From assembly GCA_949358305.1 (NCBI GenBank), contig OX442314.1, positions 19,530,001 to 19,594,000 of the forward strand: a stretch of 64,000 nucleotides of DNA, written 5' to 3'. A program made the position numbers and the translations under genes. Positions 12,801-26,900 of the stretch are shown in pieces. Below the pieces are notes generated by a model. It had not been told where the DNA came from. It worked only from the letters and a program-made list of their open reading frames with translations, and searched no databases. Source of the stretch: Strigamia acuminata (Eukaryota). Position 1 is the stretch's first letter; the number at the start of each line of letters is the position of its first letter.

Positions 12801-15037
12801 TTCAGTGGTTACTTGTGCAATAGTCACGTGCAGAAACGCATGAAAGCAGCTGAGGAAGTCACTACGTGTGCAATTGTATTTCTTTTGCACATCTTTCTTG
12901 AAGAGTGACTTGAGTCTTTCATTTATCCTTAATACAGGTCCATCTTTCCACGTAAGAAATGCAATCTTTTTCTTTTATCAGTGAGAACTTCTCATCAATA
13001 TCAAACTTCAAGTAAATGTAAAAAGAAATTTCATTTCGGAAGATTTTTCTCTTTTCATGTCATTGTGCGAGATGGAATCATTGAAAAGTTGTAGTTGTAA
13101 AAAGTTATGTACATTTTTGTAAAAATTTCCATTGGATTTGACTTTAAACAGCTTGAATTTAGAACATCAAGTTAAAAATGTATTATTCTTTTATGAAGCG
13201 GGGCCAGAAATTTCTATAAAGAGAGCGCTATGGTTGAGTGAGTACTTTCATCCATTTTGTCCGTCTTTGCTGTTTTTCTAGCCGAGCTCCAGCTGTGCTC
13301 TCTGAACGTTGTCCGCAGGGTTGTAATGGTGGTAGGGTAGCCAATCTAAGATTTCTCGCTTTTATCTTTGCACAACTAAACGTTGCCATTTTTCTAAATC
13401 AAATAAAACCACATGGTTTGAATTGGAACAAGTTTCACACTTCTAACAATCAATATCCATCTTGTTTTATCGATTTGAGTTTCTTAATCTTTAGCTTTTG
13501 ATCTTAGCGACAGCACGGTGACGAAGCTGTCTTGTGGCCAAAACAACTTACTGGTGTGTACTGGCCAAACTTGTAGGATAATGGTCAATTTATGCACGAA
13601 AATAAATTATTTTTGTTGATCTCAATTTAAAATGCACTAATTTGGAATTAGTTTGGCATAACGGATCAATTGACTTCGTCAACAGGTCAGCGACATTGAT
13701 GCAATTAAAAAGGAAAAGGTCACTGTCGTGTTCTTGTAAACAAGATATCCGTGTATGGATTGGGTTTCAAGCAGCTTTGAGGATAAAATCGATGGCAATA
13801 TTCAAATGCGTATGGTTTTTTTTTTATTTTATGATGGCATCATGTTTTGAGGTATGAGGTTGCTGTCAAAAATGTGGAAAAATCCAACCATTGCCGTTCA
13901 TTTCAATGAGAAAACGTCTGCAAGTTGTAAACAAACGGCGCAGCAGTTAATACCAGGGACTCAAGGATAGCTGTGTGGTAGAATGTTCTGAATTCTGATG
14001 TGTTGCCGCTTGCCGGGATCACCGAAAAAGCTATTTTCGAACTTATTAATTAAAATTACTCTGCACGCATCGATGGTGTTGAATTTCATTTTTTTTATGT
14101 TTGTAGTAACATTTGCTTCTTAATTTCTAATCTAATGGCAATTCGCTTGTGTACCGAGAGAAATCGCTGGAGTATTAACAAATCAATTTCCTTTCAATAA
14201 AAACTATTTTGGTTTTTAACGTTTACTGAAATTCACTTACGGCAGACTGACGGAAAAACAAATCGTGTTAAGGTTGTATCCAAACTTAGTTGAATGTGAA
14301 GTTAAAAGTGTCTCATGGTAGCTGATGTAGAAAGTCATTTCAATTTTGTGCCGAGTGATTGGTTGGAATTTAAATCAAAATTTTTTTTTTCAAAAGTTTT
14401 TATGTTTAGTTCACACTTGAACCACTTATGTAGAAGTTGTGACTTTTAGAAACTGTGAACATGGCATTATACTGGTCGCTTTCATATGTGCATGTTGTTT
14501 AAATTTCGTGCGCATGCTCACTGCGACTAAAAACAGACTAAATCGACTGGAAGTTAGATTGAGGCAAGTTATTTAAAAAACATTTTAAATATGTTGTTTT
14601 TAGTCTGAATGCGCGTACTGATTTCTAAAATAGATTTGTTTCATCTAGTCACGTGCAATCGATTTACTGACCAGTTAGTGTTCGTGATCAGTGCTTCCTA
14701 TGAGGGAAGGATCTTTAAGGTGGGTGACGGGAATTAGCAAGTAGTCAATAACAATAGAAGTTGAAAGATGTATTTATAGGTGCAAAGATGTCAGGGCCAT
14801 CCTTAAGCCAACCAATTCCGCCACACGTGCAGTGGTGGATCTACACTATTAGGGGCTCCTGGCTCCAAAATAACCGGCCCCCTACCGGTGTCGGCGCCCA
14901 AGGTTCCAAAGGGGGCAGGAGAAATGGCAAAAAGGTCATTTTTGGTGCACGGAATTTAATATTTGTGGTTTTGAACATCAAGCACAAAAATCCAGACAAT
15001 TGTTCAGATTTTAAAAATTTACTGGACGGAAATTTAA

Positions 15038-15454
15038 AGCTAGGTTCACATTTGTGTTCTCAACGCAAAAAAAATTACGCAACGCAAGCTGCTTGCAACC
15101 AAAAATTCTTGACGCTGACGCCAATTCCTGCTTCAACTCCAAGTAAGTGACGAAACGCAAGGAAAGGTCTTCCGGCCAACCAATCACGATCGACTCCAAC
15201 TCTCGTCGATCCACGTCTAGTTGGCAAGACTTTGCCACATGCAAACAGGCTGCCATTTTCGGATTCTGGAACTAGTTCTAGAACTAGATCCAATTCCAGG
15301 TTTCATTGAAACCATACGATTGGCCAGACGCAACATCAATTGTTTCAGCTCTGTTCACACGTGCCGTACAGTGTGAACAGACTCTGCGTTGCATTTGACT
15401 AATTTTTCCTTGCGTTGCGTTGCATCTAGTGTGAACACAAGTGTGAACCTAGCT
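15038..15454. mobile_element. PIF/Harbinger-like MITE
   Basis: 22-bp TIR agctaggttcacatttgtgttc / gaacacaagtgtgaacctagct (1 mismatch); 3-bp TSD TAA at 15035-15037 and 15455-15457; acgcaa/ttgcgt subterminal repeats. Confidence 0.88.
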
Positions 15455-16467
15455 TAAGACCCAGGTCCAGGAAAAGACGACGTATGATAAGAGCTTAGAG
15501 GCAGTGCCTTGGTGACGGTTAAAGCAAGTGGATTCATACGGGCTTCTTTGTTGTGTGGTGTCAATTTTGTTTTATCCAAGCAATAAAAACAGGTCGGGTC
15601 TGGAGCCAAAAATTCAGTTAAGCCACTCCCAGGAGGCTTTAACAAAACGTTACAAATTGAAGCCGCAATTGCTAAGGCTACGGCTGGCCCCGCAGGTTGT
15701 CCCAGGACACTGGTTTGTAATTTGTTTGGGTTTTAGTTTGTTTTAGAAAAACGTACTTGCTGATGAAAATTGGCAATGTGAAAAAAATTCAATTCTTTTG
15801 AAAAATCGTCTTTGTACGTGACATTTTAACGGTTCAAAGACATTTATAATACGGCAGTGGCATAGGGTGCAAATTAAAATCAGCATAAGAGGATTGACAG
15901 TTGAAATTACTACCCTTTTGACCACTATACGACACCACTAATTGCAGCGGTCAAAACCGCTTGTAAACAAATCTCCAATACATCAACCATTTACAAAATT
16001 GCTAAATAGAACCCATTTTGCCATAAAATAAGCCAATATTGATTCTGTAAAAGGTGAAACTCATTATCACTGTCTGAACTATCTTTCAATACATAAAGTT
16101 TGTTTCACTGCAGAGCAGGTAAGGACAAACATGTTCCTAACATAATTGAATCTGAATCCTTCGTCGCTTCAAGCTGCACAGGGGCAGATGTAGAAAGCCC
16201 AGAAGGGGATGGCCATATTGGTTCATTTTGTATAAAAATATTTTTTTTTGTCTAAATTTGAATTTGAATTTTTTTGAATAATTTTTTTATGCATAAATGA
16301 ATTTTTTTGTTGAAAAAAAAATTATTCTTTTTGGTGTAAGAATGAATTTATTGCACCTAAAATAAATTTTTGGTTTTGAAAATGAAATGTCTCCGTTTCT
16401 CACGTGGACCCCATGACCCACCGCTTCTGAATCTGTGAGCGAAGTATATGTAATTTCAATACAGAAT

Positions 16468-16602
16468 CAGTAGCTGCATTCAAAAGCTAAAATATTTTGT
16501 TTTTTACTTCAATTTTAAACCAAAAATGACATTATTTCCTGTTTAAAACTTAAAATACAATTAAACTAAAATTGTTATTTTAATTTTTGAATGCAGCTAC
16601 TG
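16468..16602. mobile_element. Short MITE, TIR CAGTAGCTGCATTCAAAA
   Basis: cagtagctgcattcaaaa ... ttttgaatgcagctactg perfect 18-bp inverted ends, TA on the right. Confidence 0.75.
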
Positions 16603-17165
16603 TAATACTACCAGTATTTCATGTCTTGGTTCGTGTAAATTTGCTTCAGTCAGCTTGAAATTAGGGGAAAATAATAAGCAAATATGTTATCATAAATCAT
16701 CTAATTAATCACCTGCACAGTTTGAATACAATAATGTAGCACTGCAATTAACTTAAAATCGATATACTCGTATGTTTCGGCGAACACTTTGTTCAGCAAG
16801 GTAGTAAAAACAATTGATTGCTTCCATCGATGGGTGGGGTTCGGTATTTGTCTCCATATCGGGTCGACAGTTGTCGCGCACAAAATTAATGAAGGCGAAA
16901 GAAGTTTGAGAGGAAATGTTGTTTGCTTTTTACGCATTCTCTCTAAGGAACGGGTTGAAAGGCTTGGGCGGAAATCAGCTATGGGCATATTGCAGGGTAT
17001 ATATGGCAGTTGCAGTCACCTGGGGTTTATGGGGTGGATGACATCTGCAAGGTTTTGCACTTATTCACCGAAAATAGCTGAATGATGTAGCTGCATCTTC
17101 TAAAAGATGCGTTTTTATATTCTCACATAACGTGTGGGAGCGCAAGATCTGCCCCTGAAAAAGTA

Positions 17166-17337
17166 AGTGCATTCATAAAATCATGTTTAACTTGCAGTTA
17201 AACGTGTTTTGTTGTTACATGTCGTGCGCCCGCTCAATACGACTGAAAATAGACCAAATCATCTGCCATTTTTGAAGTTGGATCTAGACAAGTAGTTGAA
17301 ATATGTTGTTTAGTTTAAATTAATTTATGAATGCGTC
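17166..17337. mobile_element. MITE of the GGCGCATTCATAAA family
   Basis: gcattcataaa ... tttatgaatgc ends; internal catgtttaacttgcagttaaac and atatgttgtttagt shared with 33062-33196; related fragments near 11214 and 14475. Confidence 0.65.
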
Positions 17338-19079
17338 GAGTGTTTAATTCTCTGGATATGCGAGTGGGAGTTTGAGTTTTATGTTTAATTTGGAGTGCAC
17401 GTGATGTTTTATTGAAAATCTCTGCCAAGTGCAGTTGGAAAGAAGAAGTTTATAAATTTTTTAATTTTTTTGTCTTCTATGTTTTAACTTTGGTTTAAGT
17501 TCGAAAGATTGTTTTTGGAATGGATTTATCACTGACAATTGTGTGGTTTAGAAAAAAATGTGGGAAAAAAATTCCAATCTTGTGTATGGTGAGAGTGTTT
17601 CTGAATTGATTTATCGCTATCTGAAAGATTTCAAAGTGCTTTAATGTAAATGGCATCGAAGGCAATGGAAAAACTACGTTTGGAGGAATTCTTTTTTGTC
17701 TGATTTATCATAAAATCTAATTAATTTTTCTCAACTCTTATTTAGGCTGTACGGTAGCTGTTAACATGTGAAAGTTTGCAATTTTTCATGCAAAACATGC
17801 GAATCAATTCAATGTTTTGGTTTTTTAATAGGTAGATTGGTGTTTTAGGTAAACTCGGCTAAATTCTTAAAGGATTTTCGTTTCGGGTTGAAGAAATGCA
17901 ATTTTTTAAAATTTATTTCCGAGGGTTAACGTTGTTTTATCGCTTCATTACTGTATAATACTACGACGTGCAATTTTTACTTGTCAAACGATGTCGGAGA
18001 CAGCGAACAAATCATTTTTTCAAGTTCTGTCATCAGTATCAACTTTTTATTTTCACTTTAAAACTTTCTGAGGCTGTTTAAATGTGAAAAGTTGATTTAT
18101 TTATGTCGTGTACAAAAACATTTATTCAGAAAGTGAAAAATAGGCTTTTTTGTATTTTTTTATTTCAACATTTTTTTATTTTTTTTTTATTTTCCACCTT
18201 TATGGAGTCACCATTATACTTTGAAAGCATTGCGTCGGTTACTATTTAATGACTTCGATATTAAAGTGTTTTTCCGTATGCTTTGTTATTAAAGTATTAA
18301 ACATATTGTACAACGTACTTATTTATAGATAGCAATTTTTAGTAGTTTCTCACTGAAATGGGTCATACTAACAATGAAATTAAATCACCAGATGTGTAAT
18401 TTCTTTCCTGCTAATTGTTGGCTTATTTTATTTCTCACTTATTATTTCAAGTTTAAATTGACGCAAGCAGGTCACTTTTATAATAGGCATTGTAACGTTA
18501 TTGGATGGTTGAAGTTCAGTTTTTGGTTGTTTTTTTGTCTGATCAAATTTCATTGTCATTAAAATTTAGACTAGGGTTACGCAAAATCTCGGATGATACA
18601 GTCGGGTGATCTCGTCCGAGTGATCTCAATCTCACTCAATTTCCTCGCTTGCTGCTAAAAATGTAAATAATGGAATTGTAAATCGAACTTTGGGTAATTT
18701 TCGAAGAAATTTTTGGGAAGTTTGTAACCTTTTAAAAAGCGCATTTTTTAATTTAAGAAAAAATTAATACTTTTGTTTCAAAAATGTCAGTTTTCTTCTA
18801 ACGAAGGCACTTTTGCACTGAATATGGGTATTTTTTTTGCTCCTGTAAGATGGTATGCATTATGGGAAATTATTTTTGATAATTCGAAATTATTAGATTA
18901 TTCGAAATCTATTAGTTTTAATAAAATGGATTTATTTTCTTGAGTCGTAATCTTCATCTAAATTATCAGCTGTGATGCCTGGTCATAATAAAACGGAGTT
19001 GATGAAATCAACCGACCCCGATGCTGTCAAATTCAGTCACAGAATTTTGCATTTGTGCGATTCAAAGATTCTAAAAATA

Positions 19080-19566
19080 GTCACGTGACCCAACTAACCG
19101 TAAAATGTGATACAGAAAAAACTGTTTACAAGTTGTTTACAAGTTGACAACTTGTAAACAGTTAAAAATTAGTTCCGAAAATATACGTTTCACACTTTAC
19201 TGAATCTTCCGGAGTTATTTCTTGGTTTTGCCAATCAATACGAATTCAAAAATACTTCGGCACAATGCACATTATTTGTTATGGCCACTTAGATCGAGCT
19301 TGGCTGCCGCCATTTTGTTTTGTGTTTGACAAGTCTTAAAATTGCTTGTCAAAATCGATAAAACTATTTTTTTTCGTGATTTTGTGATTTTGCGTTGTTC
19401 CTTTCTTGTGTTTTTGTATTAATGCGCATGATTGATGGAACTGAATTCACGTGACAATTCCAAAAGTGCAAAATTATTATTGAAAATACGTATTGACCTT
19501 TTAATCGGTAAAATTATATTTGCAACCAAGCTAATCAGAATTATTCGAGGAATCTGAAATATGGAG
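19080..19566 (+). promoter_or_regulatory. Candidate promoter / alternative first exon with CLEAR-type E-boxes, forkhead sites and YY1 motif
   Basis: GTCACGTGAC 19080-19089; three forkhead cores (TGTTTAC x2, GTAAACA) in 19120-19163; GCCGCCATTTTG 19306-19317; TCACGTGAC 19447-19455; ATG GAG followed by gttaat at 19561-19572. Motif evidence only. Confidence 0.45.
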
Positions 19567-20704
19567 GTTAATTTCGACTTCGAAATGTGACAAATGTGGA
19601 ATAGATATTAATTTAATCACATTTCCAGGTGAGACATAACTTTGCTAGATCTTTACTCGTGTACTCGACCTTGGAATATTCCATTAATCGACTTTTCGAG
19701 CTTAATCTTATTTTCAGTCTCATCAATTTCTACTCAGCATTCTGAAAGCTGATGCCTATCGATGATAGCCAATCAAAAAGTTGGAATATTACTTTTTTGT
19801 AATAATGTATTAAAGTTGATACAGCAGTTCATTGGCGCAACTATCATCTTGAATCACAAAACACAAATTAAATTGATAATTTTCAACTAATTACTTTGAA
19901 ATTACAAAAACATAATTTTTTTTTCTTTATCTTTGGAGCTTGGAAAATTCTTGAGACACAACCAGCTGCTAAAATATTATTTTTAAAATTATCCTGTTTG
20001 TGTTGCTGTCCTTGGGGCTTCTCTGCTGATGAACTGTGAAATAAAATTACTTCCTATGTGAAATGTTTCCAAAACATATTTAACAACTAAAAATTTGATT
20101 TGAATATGTTCTGAAAAATAAATTTATCGGAATTTAATTTGTAAAAAAAAGGTTGTTTTTCCTTTGTTCCTTCCCCCCATTATTTATGCTGATTACAAAT
20201 GTAAACAAAAACAGGTTGGGTTTTATTGAAACAATAGAGCAGCAAGTTTTTATCATAGGTCAAGTAGGGTGAATCTACTGACAACCAAACCAATAAATTT
20301 ATCAAGTTCGCGACCACTTTTGCAATATTTGGGGTGGACTAACTTTTATTACCTTCATATAAAAACTTTGTAAGTTTTGTTGAGAGACTTTTAATTTATA
20401 AATGGGAAAGCTATTAAAACTAACGATACTAAAATCGTTCCACGAGTTAGAGACGCCTTTTTTTTTTAATAATAAGTCAGTCTACATAAAAGGCAAAACG
20501 TTAAGGTAAATCTATTCAGCATTAAAAGCAGTTCTTTATAACGCAGACAATGGACGGGTTTAAGGCGTTTATTGCGTCATAAACCAGCAATTCAATTATT
20601 CAATGTTATTCAATTATTAAATGTTATATTGAAATTGAACGCATGCTTCATTCAGAGAAAATTTAATGTTTGAAATTTTTTTTTCTTAAATTACCTAAGT
20701 TTTT

Positions 20705-20920
20705 AAATAGCTGCATTTTAAATGTCATTTAGACTAAACTAATTATTTATAAGTTATTGTAGGTCGAGAAAATATTGAGAAGTAGGCAGATATATTTTTT
20801 TTAATTACGTTAATTACGTAAATGTAAAAAAATAGCTGCATTTGAAATATCATTTAGACTAAACTGGTTGAAGTAGTTTCAAAAGGTAAAAAGAGAGAAT
20901 ATTGAGAAGTATAAGCAGAC
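20705..20920 (+). repeat. Degenerate local tandem duplication (~125-bp period)
   Basis: aaatagctgcattt.aaat.tcatttagactaaact ... aatattgagaagta..cag occurs at 20705 and again at 20830. Confidence 0.8.
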
Positions 20921-21656
20921 TCAAAAATTCGTTTTAAAAAATTGACAAATTTAATTTTCGTTATCGCCGACTTAAACGTCACAGTGCAAATCGAGTTTCA
21001 GCACTAGATTTTAAACTCGATTTAGAAAACGAAGGCACCTAGTGGGTTGTGCAACGTTTCTAATAGTTAACTATACACCTCCAGGAGAAAATAAAACCAT
21101 ACAGCACCGTTCTAAACTGAGCCTAAGCCCCCAAAAACTCAAACTAATTAATCTAACAACTGCAGGTGTAGTAAAGATAACTGCAATGAATAATGAAAAA
21201 GCAATGGGAAAAAAATCTCCTATTCTTGTGTTGCCTTTAATACTGGTTATTTCAACATTTTTTTGTTAACGGCAAATTGAAGCACTCCAGAGTAAAAATA
21301 AAATAGAGGAAATAGAAATATGCTGCTTTGATAAACTATTGACAAACCCAAAACCTTGCGACACAAGTATGCCGCGATCTGGTGTATCTGGAAGAGACAT
21401 TTCGAGTACTGCTTTTTTTTCTTCCTGACTTACATTTCTATAGTTGCTGGTTTGATATCCCGTGGCTTTAAACTTTTCTGTTGGATGGATTAAAGGTAGA
21501 TTTGATGTTAATTATTAAATGTAATCTGAATTGCTGCTGTTTTACCAGAAAGATCACATTTTACACAATTCAGTGACACAGTGAAGCCAACTTTTTGTTG
21601 GATCACTTTTGGGTTAATAAAGAAAATCGCTTAGAAAAATTAATTTGATTAAATTA

Positions 21657-21903
21657 CCGTATTTTATCGATTAAGAGCTGCGACTCTTGCCGGTATTCAA
21701 AACTCCCTTTTTTTAACCATTTACAATTTCGGTTTTTTGTTTATTACATTTGTTTAATGTAACAAACAAAGTCTGAACATCACGAACGAAGCGTACGTTC
21801 ATCATTCGTGAGGTTAAATACGGAAACAATACCGTACTTTTGTAAAAATACGGTATTCTTGGTGTGGCTACTAATAGAGCGACTCTTAATCGGTAAAATA
21901 CGG
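21657..21903. mobile_element. Tc2-like MITE
   Basis: TA|ccgtattttatcgattaagag ... ctcttaatcggtaaaatacgg|TA, 20/21 TIR match. Confidence 0.85.
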
Positions 21904-23794
21904 TATGCCAATAATTGGAAAGGGTTACTACGAAACAAGAGGTATATGACGCCCCAATTGGGTATCCTTATTCCGTAAGGTACCTCAAATAATTTAATTC
22001 ATTCATGTTAATTTTTAAAAACAAATTGGGGTATCATTTCGAGTACCCAACTGGAAATGACTTTCTGTTGAGCTTTAATTTTGAGCGAACAAACTCTAAG
22101 TTTTTTAACTTTTCTTGAGGAATTAAGCTTAAGTGCTCACTATTCAGGGTGTGGGGGGGGGGGGCTATTTTTCTTTGGCACCAGCATTTATGCAACATGT
22201 AGCCGCTCGCAACAACACGTTTTTCAACTTTTATAAATTGATCACAGAAATAAATGTATATTGAAAAGCTTTGCTTCTCTTCGGTACTATCCAATTTAAG
22301 AAAGTCAAGTCAAATTGCCTAGCAGGACTTGCAGCTTGTGAAGTGAAGGATCAGAATGGCTTTTACATCCATTTTCAAAGTTCAAATGAAGTAGACTGCT
22401 GGTGTAATTGTAAGCCAGGGAAAGGAAATAAAAATGTCTGGAAGCTGGAAGATTTTTATTTTTTTTTATTTTTTACATTTCATTTATTTTTTAATTTGGC
22501 TGTGAGAAAATCTAATGTTGACAAAAGGAATAAAACCTTATAAAACTTTGCCAGGTAATTTCCGTGCAAACAAAACTGATAAATTTTAATTTAGTTGAAA
22601 AACATTCGTAAACAATATGGTTGAAATCATAAAGGAGGTTTTTTTTATCCAACGCTGACTTGCTATTTGAAAAAGTTTTGCCAAATTTTATTGAATTTGG
22701 TGTGGATTTCCCATGCGGATTTGAGACAGTACATTCTACATCACAATTTCAAGATGAAATATTAGATTTTCACACTAAAGTACAAATGTAATCTCATAAT
22801 CTCATTTGTTTTCTACATTGGGGTTTTGTTGTAAATGACTTGCTAATGAGTTTAATTAAAGTTAAACTGAGGCGCATTAGGTCAGTTTAGGCCTTTTGGT
22901 GCTGTGGGATTTCACGGCCTACATTGTTACAAATTGAGGCCAAAAAAGGGAATTGCCCACAGCACACGAAAATGAATGAATTTTCGTTTTATCCCAACCA
23001 AATAAACTGGATCAATGTGACCAATCTCATTGTTTCTTCTCCTCCGAAACAATTGTATGTTTTTGCATTGTATTTGTTTGTTTAAGCCGCAAGTGCCTGC
23101 ACATAGCCTCGTCCAAACCGTATAATTATGCTGTGGAAGCAATAAGATACCATCGTGCATGCGTGTAAATGTGGATTTGACCAAATTATTTTTGGTGCAT
23201 GTTCAGACTTAATAATTTGGGACGAAGCTTGGTTTACGAAGTGATTAAATTTTGTATTTTATGTTATGATGGCATTCCACGATGTTTCTACCGATGCAGC
23301 TTTATAGCGTAATAATTGCCTCATTTGAAATGCTTAATATTGATCCGTAAAGTTTATATGCATTTAAATAATTGAATCAAGGGAAAGGGGTGTCGATACA
23401 GCGGCTGATATGCGATAGTAGTCGTGGTTACTGTAATTTACCAACTTCCGATTTTACCTCTCAACATGTTTCAGTTCAATAGATAATCCTTTTAAGCACA
23501 TCACATTTCCGTTCGTCAAACAACTTGAATCAGGTGATACACAAAGTAATTCACTTTGATTAATCTTTTTACAGAAAAGTTGACATTTGTTGTAATCAGT
23601 TTGATGAATTCGTAATAGAAGATTTAGGCAAACGGTTAATGTGTGACACAGACAATAATAAGTGAGCTAACGCCACAGTGTGTTGAAATTAGAAAGAAAA
23701 AGAAAAGTTAACGTGGCAGGAAAAGCATTATCGGAAATGAAGGAGGAAACTCGCAAAAAGTTTAAAATTTGAATTTTTAATTGAACATTCCATA

Positions 23795-23920
23795 GGCGCA
23801 TCCATAAACTCATCTAAACTTATTTATGTTTCTTAAACCGGTCTAAATGTAAAATTAAACGTGTATGTATAATTGTACATTTAAAAAATAAACAAGTTTA
23901 AATGACTCTCTGAATGCGCC
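23795..23920. mobile_element. Degenerate MITE of the GGCGCATTCA family
   Basis: ta-ggcgcatcca ... tgaatgcgcc inverted ends. Confidence 0.5.
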
Positions 23921-26900
23921 TCGAATTCTAAAAAACTCAATTATTGTATTTTTCTTTAGTTTAAGTTAGTTTTACTTTAAAAAAACTTTTTCTCATTTCA
24001 ACTTGAAAAACATCTTGGGTAACAATTTCACTGAAATTGTCATCCTAAATTGGCCACACTTTTTCCAGGTGACAGACGTGTTCATAGTGCACTTTCACCT
24101 CGCCCTCGCCCCCAGTTCTTTCCGTCTGAGCGGAGACAATCACCTAATTCGGAGGTGTAGACTTACTTGGCTTCATGATCTTTTTTTCTTTTCTTCAAAT
24201 ATTGAAATCAATGAATTTTTAGCTCATTTATTATTAATGCTAAACTACAAGTTAAATATTTCATAATACACTGCATTCAAGGGCTGGAGTTAATCGGTGA
24301 TTTTATCAGAAATTTTAAATCAAATGTAACGTAGACATGAGAAGTAAAAGATTAGTTCTTTGATAGAGTATATTACAGACTGGTCACGACACGTGGCCAT
24401 CAAACTCAAGTATTGTGACACAGATAAACGCAACTTGAATTCCTTTCCTTGTATAAATTTTTAGTGTGTAAATTTGTATAAATTTTGAATTTGAAACAGC
24501 ACTACGTGCCTTATAGGCTTAGTCTCGGGGCTTTAAAGTGCATTAATTCCAACCAGATGCAATTGTATGTTATTATTTATAAAAAAAATTGTCATTTTAA
24601 TTTTTGACTAATTGCTTTTAAACTAGAAAACGACATAAGCTTTTACGGTCGACTCGTTTCGTTGAAATTTCGAATTTTATCGCCCATTAACACTCTGCTC
24701 GGATGACCTTGATCGATGAATAGTTTACATTTTTCTCCAACCAAGTTCAAATGTTATCTAAATTTGACCTGATGTTCGCCCGTTTGATTGCTTGTTTGTT
24801 ACCTTACTTGAATTGAAAATTGGTTCAAGGAGAGAGAGAGAGGAGGGATATTGAAAAAGGAAAAAGAAAAGCGAGGTCGCGTTTGTGAACCAGATTAGGC
24901 AAGGTTGAAAAAATCTAGCAATAAGCGTTATTTGGATTTATATTTAAAGAGGATTAAACAATAGGTGGCGGCGTGGATTTCAACCATTTCCATGTCAAGG
25001 AAAGTGGATTTCAGTTTCAAATTTAAAAGTTTTAAATTAAAATGTGCAAAAGTACTCTCGAATATCGAGTTTTTCCACCGTTTGAATTGACATTTAATTA
25101 GTTTGCAACGTTAAAACTGATCCGGATATGTATATTTTTTTTTCGAATTTTACTAAGTGGTCTTTGAGTTAAATGAATGTCTCTGCAACGCTTGCATCAG
25201 AAAATGGACAATGGACGATTCTATTCGACTGACTAAAGGGTTGAATATCATCCTGTGGTTGTTTGGGTCAGTGTGCGATTACAGACGAGGTCGAACTTTT
25301 TTTTTCTATAATGAAAGATGAGGTGGGAAAGAAAACCGGAAATAAAAAAAAGAACAGTTGCTCTGGTGGCCAGCAAACGCGCAACCAGCTGACCTCATCT
25401 GACTTTACCAAACACGCCACGCAGACGCCAACGGAACGTCAGGTGGAAACTTCACTTGCACAGCTGTGCTTTGAGTAGCGTGCACAGTCATTTACCTGCC
25501 GAATGAAGGTAATACATTTGCTCTATCAATGCTGGTGAAGGGACTCGTTTTTAAATAACATTTTTCTTGTTTGCACTTGACGGAGATGGATTTTGGATTA
25601 TTTTATTCGTCTTGTGTTTTGGTTAATTTAGTTTTAATTTTTTTTAATGTCGGAAATTAAAGTGTGTGTGTGATTTTCTGGGGTTTTGCCAGTTGCATCA
25701 AGGAGGTTTGAAGGGCTGGGTGGATTTGAAACTGGTCTCGATTTAAATAACCAGATTTTACATTATTGTAAAATGTGTGCAAGTTTAAATCAATTTTGAG
25801 TTGACACCAAAGGTCGTGTGAAACTGTTTGTGACCAACATCAACAAGGAAGTTGAATTTAATTGTTCTATTCTTAGAAACGAACGCGGCCTGTGCTTTCA
25901 AATGATTGATCTGATTTTAAAAGGGGAAAAATTGGGAGCGCGCGAAGCTAATGCTATTAAATCGAGAGCTAATTGGGGAATACATACAAAATATCGAAAT
26001 TAAGGAGTATTCGGAAACCGTTTTGCATTTTAATTACTATTATTACAACATAATATAGCATTGCAAGAATTATGGTCGTCAAGGTTTTCACGAGGGATAT
26101 AAAAAGGTCAACCATTATTCTGAATTGATTTGAAGACTTTGTGTACATTAAAATAAGCAATTTTCAAAAATATGAGAACACTTATGGGAAATGGCAAGTG
26201 CTAAACCGTTTCCGAATGTATTATAATATGTTTTTATCTTGTATTTTTGCAGTCACTAAACTTTTAAGAGTATTTACAAACAGTAAAACTATTAAATTGC
26301 AACTTGCAAAGGGTTGTTTGGGTTCAACGTTTGTTTAATCGTGGAGTCGGACAGATTGATGAGCTGTAGAGCTTTCCCTTAAGATTTAAAAAAGCAATTA
26401 AAGTGTAACATTTCCTAATGTTGCATTATTGGTGCATTTTGTTGCAATTAATGTACATTTTTGCAATTTGTCATATTTTATATTTTAAATTTTATTTATT
26501 TATTTATTGACATACAAAATTCTATGGTTTTCTCTTCGAAAACAACATCATGATTAGATTAGGTGTTCACCTTGTTCAGTCTTTGATGGAACATACTATG
26601 TTTACCTTGATTAATACCTTTGGCTATTCCTTTATTTTTTGAGACTGATTTGCTTAGAACAATGTTGTGGCTTGTTTGTTTTACATTTTGAGTTCAAAGA
26701 TTGGATAAGTGAGTTGTCTGCAGTGCTTTATTCGTGGTCACAAAATTGCATTTGCATTGCTTTGTTGCACCGTTTGATTTCTTTTTTTTTTGTATATTGT
26801 TTACTTTGTTACACTTCAGGGCTTTGTTGCTCTCAAGAGCTTTGTGGCAGCATGCTTTGTTTCCACTACAGAAGAAACTAACTTAGCAGCCCCCATTACC

